Shown piece after piece: positions 9,613-17,774 of a stretch of DNA of 64,000 bases. Positions within the stretch are counted from its first letter, which is position 1. Each line of letters opens with the position of its first letter. The stretch comes from Gemmatimonadales bacterium (GTDB lineage: Bacteria > Gemmatimonadota > Gemmatimonadetes > Gemmatimonadales > GWC2-71-9): NCBI GenBank assembly GCA_041602035.1, contig JBFIHA010000002.1, forward strand, positions 25,398 through 89,397, written 5' to 3'. The notes beneath the pieces were generated by a model. It did not search any database, was not told the DNA's origin, and saw only the letters and a program-made list of their open reading frames with translations. The translations under genes and the position numbers were made by a program.

Positions 9613-10101
9613 TTAGGAGATAGGACGGGTCGCGATTTCGTACAGGTATCCAACGGCCAGAAGGCCGGTGCTGTCGTACATGGGGGCCAGGATGCGACGG
9701 TATTCGTCACCTTCGAATCGATCGAGATCGTGCCAGTGCTTTGGGAGATCTGGCGACACGAAAAGCCAGGCAGGAACCCGATTGGTCGACGCCGGATCCC
9801 ACTGCAGCGCGGGATAGCCTTGCGCCGCCCCCCATCCCCTCGGCTCGAGTTCCCCCGTTACCCACCCCTCGTGCCACGATCCCGTCAGGCTTGCGAGTTC
9901 ACGGGCATTGGCGCCGCCTGGGACGAGACTGCCGTATGCCACGAGGTGGCGAGAGGCCCGGAACAACGCGTCGGCGCTCGCGTCGATCCGTGTCCGATCC
10001 GACGGTGCTGCTGTCGCGCGTGCCGTATTCAACGTGCGAACCACCTCGGCAAGTCGTGCGGCGGAATAGGATGCCCAGAATTCCTGGAGCGACAGTGACA
10101 T
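9613..10101 (-). CDS. Gamma-glutamylcyclotransferase family protein
   Basis: AYGSL.PGG.N and LDRFEG.EY.R motifs. Confidence 0.82.
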   Translation of the reverse strand: MSLSLQEFWASYSAARLAEVVRTLNTARATAAPSDRTRIDASADALFRASRHLVAYGSLVPGGANARELASLTGSWHEGWVTGELEPRGWGAAQGYPALQWDPASTNRVPAWLFVSPDLPKHWHDLDRFEGDEYRRILAPMYDSTGLLAVGYLYEIATRPIS

Positions 10102-10149
10102 CGGTTCGACGGACCCCCTCGCGGACCCGCTACGCGCACTGGTGTCGCG

Positions 10150-10590
10150 TCACACCGTCTGCTGTGACGGGCGAAAGCGGCGGCTCGCCAACCAGCCGTC
10201 GACGCTGTACTTGCCGGGGCCAACGAGCGTGAATCCGAGCGCGACGAACGCATTCTTCACGGCGTGCGCTGGCGTGCCGTTACCCGTCACGATGTGCTGG
10301 GTGGCCGCCATGATCATAGTGCACCCGATGAGGATCGCCGCCGGTCGGAACAGGAACCCGGCCGCGAACAGAAGGCCACCGGCGGACTCCGAGAACGCCG
10401 CCAGAAAGCCGAAGAACGTGTGGCCGAAGTCAATTCCCAAGTGCGACACCGCCCCACCGACTCGGCTCCAGCGTTCCGGTCCACCGATGAGTTTGCTCCA
10501 ACCGTGGAAATAGAGGAACCCGAGGCCAAACCCCAAGCGGACGATCAACAGGCCAATGTCGCGGTACTTCTCGGAAGCAAGCTTTGGCAC
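10150..10590 (-). CDS. DoxX family membrane protein
   Basis: GLLIVRL..G..F..HGW.KL and G.GKYS.D motifs. Confidence 0.9.
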   Translation of the reverse strand: MPKLASEKYRDIGLLIVRLGFGLGFLYFHGWSKLIGGPERWSRVGGAVSHLGIDFGHTFFGFLAAFSESAGGLLFAAGFLFRPAAILIGCTMIMAATQHIVTGNGTPAHAVKNAFVALGFTLVGPGKYSVDGWLASRRFRPSQQTV

Positions 10591-10681
10591 GATCCCTCCT
10601 GTTATCGATTCGCTACGCGTGCATCAGGCCCATTGCTCGTGGCGTCTGAGCATGGGCTCCCACTCGGTGATCGCCGAAACG

Positions 10682-11119
10682 CTAGAGCGCGGTAAGCCGC
10701 CATCCCAGCCACAGCATCACGACGGTTGCCGCGGCGAGTAGCACCGCGGCGGCGATGAGGATGCGCCCCACCCGCAAGGCGGTACGACCCGCGTAGACCG
10801 GCCGGCCGCGAATGACCCAAGACCCTGGTGGTGGCGATCGTCCGGTGGTCAATGACCGCACACCCTGCCACGCGAGAAACGCCGCAACGAGGACGTTCAG
10901 CAGCGTGATGACGCTGAGCACGGTTCTGAGCGAGGCCGCCGCCTGCCGTCGCGCCCCGTCGGGATCGGATTCGGCCAGGTTCTGCAGTTCCGCGGCGTGG
11001 CTCTGCACAACCTCGTTGAGTCCCCAGAGCAGCGCCAACCCTACGGCGAGCACGCCGAATGCAAGGAACCATAACCGCTTGTCGCGCGGGTCGATTTCGC
11101 GGTAGCCGGGCTCAGTCAT
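10682..11119 (-). CDS. Hypothetical membrane protein
   Basis: Three hydrophobic segments and a PPPG.WV loop. Confidence 0.65.
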   Translation of the reverse strand: MTEPGYREIDPRDKRLWFLAFGVLAVGLALLWGLNEVVQSHAAELQNLAESDPDGARRQAAASLRTVLSVITLLNVLVAAFLAWQGVRSLTTGRSPPPGSWVIRGRPVYAGRTALRVGRILIAAAVLLAAATVVMLWLGWRLTAL

Positions 11120-11179
11120 CGACGGCGCTCGGAATGATGAAACGGCCCTCGATCTCACGTCGCGAGCTCGATTTCGCGC

Positions 11180-11791
11180 TCACGATTGGCGGAGCCGGCA
11201 GTACACGAACTGCTGTTCCTTCCCGCTCGGCGTTCGATGTATTTCCTCCCGCGACTCGACGAGATGGAACGTCGGACCCAGCTCAGCAAGCAGCGACTCC
11301 GGACTGTAGCGCACGACGTCGAGGCCGCTGCATCGGGACGGACCGTCGAGGCCGAAGGTCGAGATGATCGCGTACCCCCCCGAGGCAAGGGAACGCCGCA
11401 TGGTCTGACAGTAGGCGGCGCGATCACCACCGTCCACGAGGAAGTGAAACACCGCCCGGTCGTGCCAGATGTCCCACGGATGCGGTGAGGTGAACTGGCG
11501 GACGTCCGCGGCAAACCACTCCACCCGGTCGGCGTCGGCACCCAGCCGCTGCCGAGCGAGGCGCAGCGCGGTGGCGGAGATGTCGAGCAACCCGAGGCCA
11601 CTGAATCCCCGCGCAAGAAGCTCGTCGACGAGCGTGGAGGTGCCGCCTCCGACATCGAGAATGCGCGTGGTGTTCATGGGTTCACAGGCGGCGACGAGGG
11701 AAAGAGAGTGCTCCGGGGACCGTTGAAACCAGCTCACCCGATTCGGTGCAGATTTGGCGTAGACCTGCTCCCAATGCTCTGCCGTGCCCAC
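11180..11791 (-). CDS. Class I SAM-dependent methyltransferase
   Basis: HWE.VY, SWFQ, ILDVGGG.S, WHDRAVFHFL and GP..CSGL motifs. Confidence 0.88.
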   Translation of the reverse strand: MGTAEHWEQVYAKSAPNRVSWFQRSPEHSLSLVAACEPMNTTRILDVGGGTSTLVDELLARGFSGLGLLDISATALRLARQRLGADADRVEWFAADVRQFTSPHPWDIWHDRAVFHFLVDGGDRAAYCQTMRRSLASGGYAIISTFGLDGPSRCSGLDVVRYSPESLLAELGPTFHLVESREEIHRTPSGKEQQFVYCRLRQS

Positions 11792-11849
11792 GGCGACCTC
11801 CCTCCGGTCATGACGAAACATGTAGGGCGCGTCCGGAGTGTACCAGCCA

Positions 11850-11990
11850 CGGGAATGGATATATGTGGTGGGTGTGGGACAGGCCGGATGCCGACGGTCT
11901 CTACGCGGGTGCGTACGCTGCTCGAGGAGCGTACGGGCAGTACATCACGATTCTTCCGGCGTTGGACATGGTCGCTGCCCGGTGTGGGAC
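11850..11990 (+). pseudogene. Fragment of a serine hydrolase (beta-lactamase family) C-terminus
   Basis: NGYMWWVWD...GAYAARGAYGQYITILPALDMVAA resembles the family C-terminal motif; no N-terminal SxxK region present. Confidence 0.6.
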
Positions 11991-12030
11991 GTCGTGCCGT
12001 CGAGCGAACCCTGACGCTCGCGCGTCGAGG

Positions 12031-12444
12031 TCACACGCCGAGCGCCTTGGCGGCTCGATCGTACTCGTTGGGCCGCACGTACAGCACGTAGCCGTAGCGT
12101 CCCTTGCCATCGGACACGCCGCTCGACGCATAGACGTTCACTTTGGCGTGAAACAGCTTCTCGTGAATGCCCGCCAGGGCCCCCAACTCGTCGTCACCGT
12201 GTACGAGCAGGGCGGGGTGCGGACCGTCGAGGGAGAAGCCGGCCTTGTCCGCCGCCTGTTGGAGCCGGCGCGAATCCTCGGGGAAGATCGTCAATTGTGT
12301 CCGCAGTGGCCCGACCGGGACAGACACGAGCGCCATGAGGTTCACGCCCAGCTCGGCGAGCTGTGACAGTAGCTTGTAGCCGTGGCCAGGCTCGTCCCGT
12401 ACGGTGGTGTAGAAGTAGTCCACTCGGCGGATGGTGTGTCCCAT
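12031..12444 (-). CDS. Putative tandem ACT-domain protein
   Basis: Two ACT-like repeats: DEPG..Y.LL..LA..GVNL and DELGALA.I..KL..A.VNV. Confidence 0.7.
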   Translation of the reverse strand: MGHTIRRVDYFYTTVRDEPGHGYKLLSQLAELGVNLMALVSVPVGPLRTQLTIFPEDSRRLQQAADKAGFSLDGPHPALLVHGDDELGALAGIHEKLFHAKVNVYASSGVSDGKGRYGYVLYVRPNEYDRAAKALGV

Positions 12445-12558
12445 GCGTTCTCCAGGGCGGATGAGGGCGATCCGAATGGCTCCATTTCAAAGATACCACC
12501 CGGTCATGCGATGCGGATGAGGGAGGCGGAAAGGGTGTCGCCTGCAGGGCGCTTCGAG

Positions 12559-13092
12559 CTATCGCTTGAGCTTCTCGAAATACGTGGCCCGGACTTTGGC
12601 GACCTTTGGCGCGATGACCGCCTGACAATAGGGCTGTCCGGCGTTTCGCTGGAAGTACCGATCGTGATACGCGTCGGCCGGGTAGAAGGTCTCCAGCGGA
12701 ACCACCTCGGTGACAACGGGCCCATCCCAGATGCCCGAGTGCCCCAGCTCGGCGATTGCCTGCTCGGCCATCCGGCGCTGCTCATCATTGTGGTAGAACA
12801 CGGCCGAACGATACTGCGTCCCGACATCGGCCCCTTGTCGGTTGAGGGTGGTCGGATCGTGAATCGTGAAGAACACGTCGAGCAGATCGCGGAACGAGAT
12901 CACCGTCGGATCGAAGGTGACCTGCACCACCTCGGCGTGGCCCGTGGTGCCCGTGCAGACCAGCTCGTACGAAGGCTTGGGCACGTGACCGCCGGCGTAT
13001 CCCGACTGCACATGCTCGACGCCGCGTAACTGCTCGAACACTGCCTCGAGACACCAGAAGCATCCACCGCCCAACGTCGCCAGGTCCGTCAT
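12559..13092 (-). CDS. msrA: Peptide-methionine (S)-S-oxide reductase
   Basis: GGGCFWC, TGHAEVV, HDPT.LNRQG.D.GTQYRS motifs. Confidence 0.95.
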   Translation of the reverse strand: MTDLATLGGGCFWCLEAVFEQLRGVEHVQSGYAGGHVPKPSYELVCTGTTGHAEVVQVTFDPTVISFRDLLDVFFTIHDPTTLNRQGADVGTQYRSAVFYHNDEQRRMAEQAIAELGHSGIWDGPVVTEVVPLETFYPADAYHDRYFQRNAGQPYCQAVIAPKVAKVRATYFEKLKR

Positions 13093-13376
13093 ACGCCCTC
13101 GACGAGGATCATCTGGGTGGTCGCGGACGCCTCCCGCAGCGCTCGAGCCGGCCGGTAGCTCTCGGAGGACCACCAGGTTCGTGCCTGCTCCATCGACGGA
13201 AACTCTAAGACCACAACACGCCGGGGGACCCACGTCCCCTCCAGTCGCTCGGCGTGGCCGCCACGCACCACGTAGCGGCCGCCATGCGCGGAAACCGTGG
13301 CCGCGGCCATGCGCTTGTACGTCTCATACTGCGCCGGGTCGGTCACTTCGATGTCGACGATCACGTAGGCGGCCAT
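13089..13376 (-). CDS. DUF1330 domain protein
   Basis: AYVIV, GGRY.VRGG..E.LEG.W and VVLEFPS...A..W..S..Y motifs. Confidence 0.9.
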   Translation of the reverse strand: MAAYVIVDIEVTDPAQYETYKRMAAATVSAHGGRYVVRGGHAERLEGTWVPRRVVVLEFPSMEQARTWWSSESYRPARALREASATTQMILVEGV

Positions 13377-13558
13377 TAATGAGCCCTCGTGTGAAGGCGA
13401 CTGGGGTCGGCGCGTCGCGATCAAGAGCGCATGCGCCGGTGCGTTCGAGGTCGATTGGGGCTAGGCGAAGGTAAGGCGGTGGTCCGGGCAGACGCGAGGC
13501 CCCGGAGCGTCGCAGCACCCCGGGGCCCCGAGCCCGGACAATCTGGGCTCTCTATGGG

Positions 13559-13981
13559 CTAGCGGCCAAACACCACGATCACGTTCCCGTACCGATCGTC
13601 CCAGTCTCGGCGCGCTCGCTTGCGTTGGTGCTTGAGCCACTTGCGGTGCGCCTTCATCGCCCGTTTGTGATGTCGCTCCACGTGCGCCGGGTGCACACCG
13701 TACACCCGCACGAGCATGGGGCGCTCATCCCAGTACGGGGCTGCATCCCAACAGTACAGGACGCGACCCTCGGCCTCGCAGTACTGCCGCACCGCCCGAG
13801 CCGGATGGGCGCGCCGTACGGCCGGTCCGTAGTGGCCCGTCCGGTAATGGTCCGTCGAGTAGTACCCTGCCACGTCGACGGCGCCGCTCCCCAGTCGGAT
13901 CCCGATCTCTACCCGCTGCGCCTCGGCGGTCGATGCCGCAAACACGCCGAGCAGAAGTGCACCGACAAACCAGGTTCGCAT
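13559..13981 (-). CDS. Hypothetical secreted protein, Tyr/His/Arg-rich
   Basis: Signal peptide ending AEA-Q; GAGG RBS upstream. Confidence 0.65.
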   Translation of the reverse strand: MRTWFVGALLLGVFAASTAEAQRVEIGIRLGSGAVDVAGYYSTDHYRTGHYGPAVRRAHPARAVRQYCEAEGRVLYCWDAAPYWDERPMLVRVYGVHPAHVERHHKRAMKAHRKWLKHQRKRARRDWDDRYGNVIVVFGR

Positions 13982-14192
13982 GGGTCAACCTCCGTGTTGC
14001 CTTGGTGTCGGGACTCGAACGCGCTTCGAGCCCCTCGGCACCCGTAGGAGCACGGCACATGCCAAAGGCCTGTCGACCAGCAGTAAATCGTTATCTGACA
14101 ACGCATTGTGGCAAGGCCGGGCCGCGACACGTGGTTCGGGAGTTGTCCTCTATTGGGGACGGTTTTGGCCGCTTCTCGTTGAGGCGACGCGG

Positions 14193-14990
14193 TCAGGTCT
14201 TCCGGCGGGAGAACTTGAGACCGGACCACGTCGCGTCAATCGCGCAGATCTTGTAGTCCACGAGGCCGGCGCCGAGTCCGACGCGTCGGACGTCCTGCTG
14301 GGTCACATCGGTCGGGCGCCCGGATGCCTGCTTGGGCCACGCAATCCAGAGGCCTCCGTCGGCGATCGTGTGTGCCCGGCGAGCGATGCCGCGATCGAGC
14401 GCACCTCGAGACGTCACGAACCAGATCGTGAGATCCCGTGCCCCCCGATCCTGGCGCCGGATCGTGGTCCCGTCCGGCACGCTGCCGAGCGTGCGCTCGA
14501 AATCGTCCGGTGCGCCGATGAGCACGATGGTGCTTCCGGGCGAGATCCCCAGCTTCTTGGGGAGCGGCGTGCCCGAGTATGCGGCGAGGATGGATGCGGG
14601 CACTACCGGGTCGGCCGGAGGACGCGTGATGGCGCGACGCAGCGCGCCGGCAACGGCCGTCCACGATGTGTAGGTAGCATCGGGGAGCTGGGCCCGTACT
14701 CGTTGGACCTTGCTCGGATCACCGCCGACGAACACCAACGGCACGTGGCGGGTGGCCTTCGTGTGGCGCAACGCGATCCCGATCTCCCGACCGTGGGACG
14801 GAAGCCGCGAAAGGTCGATAACGAACGCGGCCGGCGGGCGGGTGCTTAGGGCACGCAGTGCGGGCATACTCTCTAACGCTCCGTACTCCACGGCGTACCC
14901 GGCGTCCTGTAGGGCAGCAATCCGCGGCTCCGCTTCGGCGGCCTTCGGATGGATGAGGCGCACGCGCCGTCGCGCTCCTTTCCGTCCCAC
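14193..14990 (-). CDS. Receiver-like domain fused to a DUF3052-like domain
   Basis: N-terminal P.AFVIDL...G.E...LR....TR.VPLVFV; C-terminal YSGTPL.KKLGI, LWIAWPK and GLVD.KICAID.TWSGL. Confidence 0.72.
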   Translation of the reverse strand: MGRKGARRRVRLIHPKAAEAEPRIAALQDAGYAVEYGALESMPALRALSTRPPAAFVIDLSRLPSHGREIGIALRHTKATRHVPLVFVGGDPSKVQRVRAQLPDATYTSWTAVAGALRRAITRPPADPVVPASILAAYSGTPLPKKLGISPGSTIVLIGAPDDFERTLGSVPDGTTIRRQDRGARDLTIWFVTSRGALDRGIARRAHTIADGGLWIAWPKQASGRPTDVTQQDVRRVGLGAGLVDYKICAIDATWSGLKFSRRKT

Positions 14991-15040
14991 GGGACGTCCT
15001 GGTCAGCCGGGGAACCCTGTCGGCGTCGTGTTGGCGGAGC

Positions 15041-15724
15041 TCACGCGTCCGCCTCGGGAACCGCTTCTGCGCTTCCGCCACGCATGAACCGCCATGCGGT
15101 GGTCACGGCGAGACCGAACCAGAGCAGGTCCCACGGCGAGAGCTGGGAACGAAGGCGCTCGAGCACGCCCACGTTGGCCAGCAACGCCTCGGCGTACTGT
15201 GCGGCGATTCGGCGCTGCTCCTCCGATCCAGCGCGCGTGGCGTGCGCCGTCCCGGCGGCCATCATGTCACCCCACAGCGCATCCGGGATCGTGTCGTCGA
15301 AGCCCAGCGCATCGAGCTGCTCCTGCAACTGGTCGGGAATGGCGTCGATGAGACGCAAATCGTGCAGACCGGCCTGAGCCAGCAGTTCCGGGTCCGCCTC
15401 GACCTCGAGCACGGCCTGGCGCTGGGTGCCGACCGTCACGATCAGCACCTTGCCGACCACGAGGCCAACGACGGCAAGCAACGCGGCCAGCGTCCCGAGG
15501 GCCTGTCCTCGGCTCGGCGTCACGCGCGACATCACGAAGCCGACGAGTCCACCGACGGCCCACGCGACGAAACCCACCTCGTACTTGGTCGCCACCACAA
15601 TGACGGCCCACAGGGCGCCTCCGATCAGCGCGGCGACAAGACCACCGATCAGCGCGCGGTTCACCGCGTGATCGGTCGGGGGAGGGAATCGTGGATCGGC
15701 GGGGTGGTCCTGCACGTCGCTCAT
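15041..15724 (-). CDS. Hypothetical membrane protein
   Basis: Four TM segments; GAGGAGG RBS before ATG 15724. Confidence 0.7.
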   Translation of the reverse strand: MSDVQDHPADPRFPPPTDHAVNRALIGGLVAALIGGALWAVIVVATKYEVGFVAWAVGGLVGFVMSRVTPSRGQALGTLAALLAVVGLVVGKVLIVTVGTQRQAVLEVEADPELLAQAGLHDLRLIDAIPDQLQEQLDALGFDDTIPDALWGDMMAAGTAHATRAGSEEQRRIAAQYAEALLANVGVLERLRSQLSPWDLLWFGLAVTTAWRFMRGGSAEAVPEADA

Positions 15725-15850
15725 GGAGCCTCCTCGGGGTGAGGCGAGTGCAAATGAGAGGCGGCGTCGAGCCGCTCGGCGACGGGTCGCGCTAAGATGG
15801 GTCGAAGGGCCCACCAACGCCAGCCGGCTGTGGTCGACCTGCCTGCCGGG

Positions 15851-16159
15851 CTAGGTGTGGTAATCGACCTTGCAGCCGCACCCGTCCCACATCCGTTCGT
15901 ATTGTGCCATCCGCTCCCGCACGAACCGTCTGACCTCGCCGTCGTCCTTCAGCACTCGCACGACCCGCTCCGTCACGCTGGGCTGCTCTACGGCGGCAGG
16001 TCCCGCCGTGGTCCGGATGATGAGAAGGTCCCCCGCGATACCCGTGGCGTGTCGCTCGATCTCTTGGAATTCCGAGGCGAGGGCGTTCCACACTTCCGCG
16101 GGCAGCGGGACGATCCCTCGGGCGTGGAGCCGATCGGTCAACTCGGTAGCGTTCAGCAT
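15851..16159 (-). CDS. Hypothetical protein with C-terminal CGC motif
   Basis: 102-aa ORF ending YERMWDGCGCKVDYHT. Confidence 0.65.
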   Translation of the reverse strand: MLNATELTDRLHARGIVPLPAEVWNALASEFQEIERHATGIAGDLLIIRTTAGPAAVEQPSVTERVVRVLKDDGEVRRFVRERMAQYERMWDGCGCKVDYHT

Positions 16160-16259
16160 CCGAGCCGGCAGACCGAGGCCGGTAGTGATAAGTCACTCAT
16201 GGGTGAAAACTGCCCGAGATCTCATGCGGGTCGATATGGCGGGTGCAGTACTCGGGTCG

Positions 16260-16652
16260 CTACGCAATCCCCGGCCGGCGGTACTCCTCGGCGAGCCACT
16301 GGACGGCATGCTCCACGTCCTGAAACTCCCGAACGTCGAGGCCCCAGTTGCGCGCCACCGTTTCGTGGAATCTGGTGGGATCGAAGTTGTCGGACGCTTC
16401 GACGATGGCCGCACGGCTCACCGTGCCTGGAAAGACACGCATGTAGTGAAACGACACCAACTCGTAGAGGTCGAACGTGCTGAGCGGCTGGCCCCATAAC
16501 GTGGCGTCGATGAGAACGCGGGAGCGCCCGTGCTCGCGGCACGCCGTGGCGACGGCATCGACAACGACCCGGCCGGTATCGAGCGTGCGCTCACCGGACA
16601 CCCGCACGTAGAGGTGGTCAGGCCGCTGCTGGATGTCGATCTGACAGTCCAT
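16260..16652 (-). CDS. STAS/SEC14 (SpoIIAA-like) hypothetical protein
   Basis: VLID..., F.ETVARN.G...R.F.D...A..WL pattern. Confidence 0.7.
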   Translation of the reverse strand: MDCQIDIQQRPDHLYVRVSGERTLDTGRVVVDAVATACREHGRSRVLIDATLWGQPLSTFDLYELVSFHYMRVFPGTVSRAAIVEASDNFDPTRFHETVARNWGLDVREFQDVEHAVQWLAEEYRRPGIA

Positions 16653-16664
16653 CTACGCCACCTC

Positions 16665-17504
16665 CTACGCCACCTCGTCTCGCCGGTCCACGCTCACCCG
16701 ACCGCTTCCCACCCGACGCGCTCGCTCCGGATGCCCCTCGAAGAACCGCTCTCGCACCAGTGCAAGCGCCTCCTCCGATGCCAGGGACATGCGCAGTTCG
16801 GCCGGCGTCATTCCGAACACCTCTTTCACGTTTTGCGTGAAGGATCGCGCTCGCGCATAGCCAAGCCTGGCCGCGACGTCCTCCACCGTGTACCCGGGGT
16901 CCTGCAGGAGACGGTGGGCGTACACCACGCGCAAGAGCGTCAGCATGACACTGGGTGGCGGGAGTGCGACCCTGGCAAACCATCGAGCGCACGTTCGCCG
17001 GTCCATGCGGGCCCGGTCGGCAAGCTCCTGCACGGTGTGGAATTGCGCCGGAGCACGGACGATGGTCTCGATGGCCCATCGCAGCTCGGCGGGCAATCCG
17101 TCGAGCAGGTCGCTCACCTCATCGAGCAGCCGGCGGGACAGGGATCGCGCACCCTCCTCCGTCAGCACATCCCGAATCTGCGTTGGATGGTCGTCGTGGC
17201 CGGCGAGCACCACCGTGCGTACGCCGGACCGGCCGAGCTGGAGTAACACGGCAGGGAGGTCCGGTGTGAGCCGCGCGTACAACACGAGAGGCAGCGAGGG
17301 AAAGAGCACATGCAGTCGTTCGATCTCTTGGGCGCGCGGTGCCCCCTCGAGTGCGGGGTCGACCACGGCGATCTCGATCGGCTGCCGCCGAATGATCGCC
17401 ACCGCGCTTGACCAGGTTTCGGCAGGCACGACCGCAAAGCGGTGGCTGGCCGATTTCTGCAATCGACCTGCCAATTCGGGGTGAACCGCCGCTAGAACGT
17501 GCAT
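16665..17504 (-). CDS. AraC family transcriptional regulator with N-terminal receiver-like domain
   Basis: C-terminal double HTH (V.ELA.RA.M.RRT..R.F; TVEDVA..LGY....SF....K..FG.TP.ELR); N-terminal IAVVDP...P.LPLVLY. Confidence 0.9.
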   Translation of the reverse strand: MHVLAAVHPELAGRLQKSASHRFAVVPAETWSSAVAIIRRQPIEIAVVDPALEGAPRAQEIERLHVLFPSLPLVLYARLTPDLPAVLLQLGRSGVRTVVLAGHDDHPTQIRDVLTEEGARSLSRRLLDEVSDLLDGLPAELRWAIETIVRAPAQFHTVQELADRARMDRRTCARWFARVALPPPSVMLTLLRVVYAHRLLQDPGYTVEDVAARLGYARARSFTQNVKEVFGMTPAELRMSLASEEALALVRERFFEGHPERARRVGSGRVSVDRRDEVA

Positions 17505-17507
17505 AAA

Positions 17508-17569
17508 TGTCCCAATTCCGGCACCTGATGCCCCAAATGGGGCCTATTCACGGGCCGCAAATGGGTGGA
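17508..17569. promoter_or_regulatory. Imperfect direct repeats in the divergent promoter (candidate AraC sites)
   Basis: TGTCCCAATTCCGGCAC (17508) and TGCCCCAAATGGGGCCT (17529) share 11/17 at a 21-bp period; CAAATGGG recurs at 17558. Confidence 0.4.
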
Positions 17570-17618
17570 CTTTGGAATCCTGGAACCATTCCCCGTATCC
17601 CCCGTTAAGGAGGCCGTC

Positions 17619-17774
17619 ATGTCGCGAACCCTGCGTCGCCTTGCCCTCACCGCCGTCGCCGCTATTGCGTTGACCGCGGTGGCCTGTGCGAACCCGGTCG
17701 GACCCCAGCTCGATCTGGACCAGGTCGACAGCCCGCAGACCTCGGAGACCGGGACGCAGGGATCCGGCACCTAG
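17619..17774 (+). CDS. 51-aa exported peptide/lipoprotein, candidate signalling peptide precursor
   Basis: AAGGAGG RBS; MSRTLRRLALTAVAAIALTAVA-C signal/lipobox; acidic linker; C-terminal TGTQGSGT. Confidence 0.8.
   Translation: MSRTLRRLALTAVAAIALTAVACANPVGPQLDLDQVDSPQTSETGTQGSGT

Noticed and set aside
13529-13550. Hairpin GAGCCCGG-ACAAT-CTGGGCTC downstream of 13559
   Set aside because: No U-tract, so it is not supported well enough to call a terminator.
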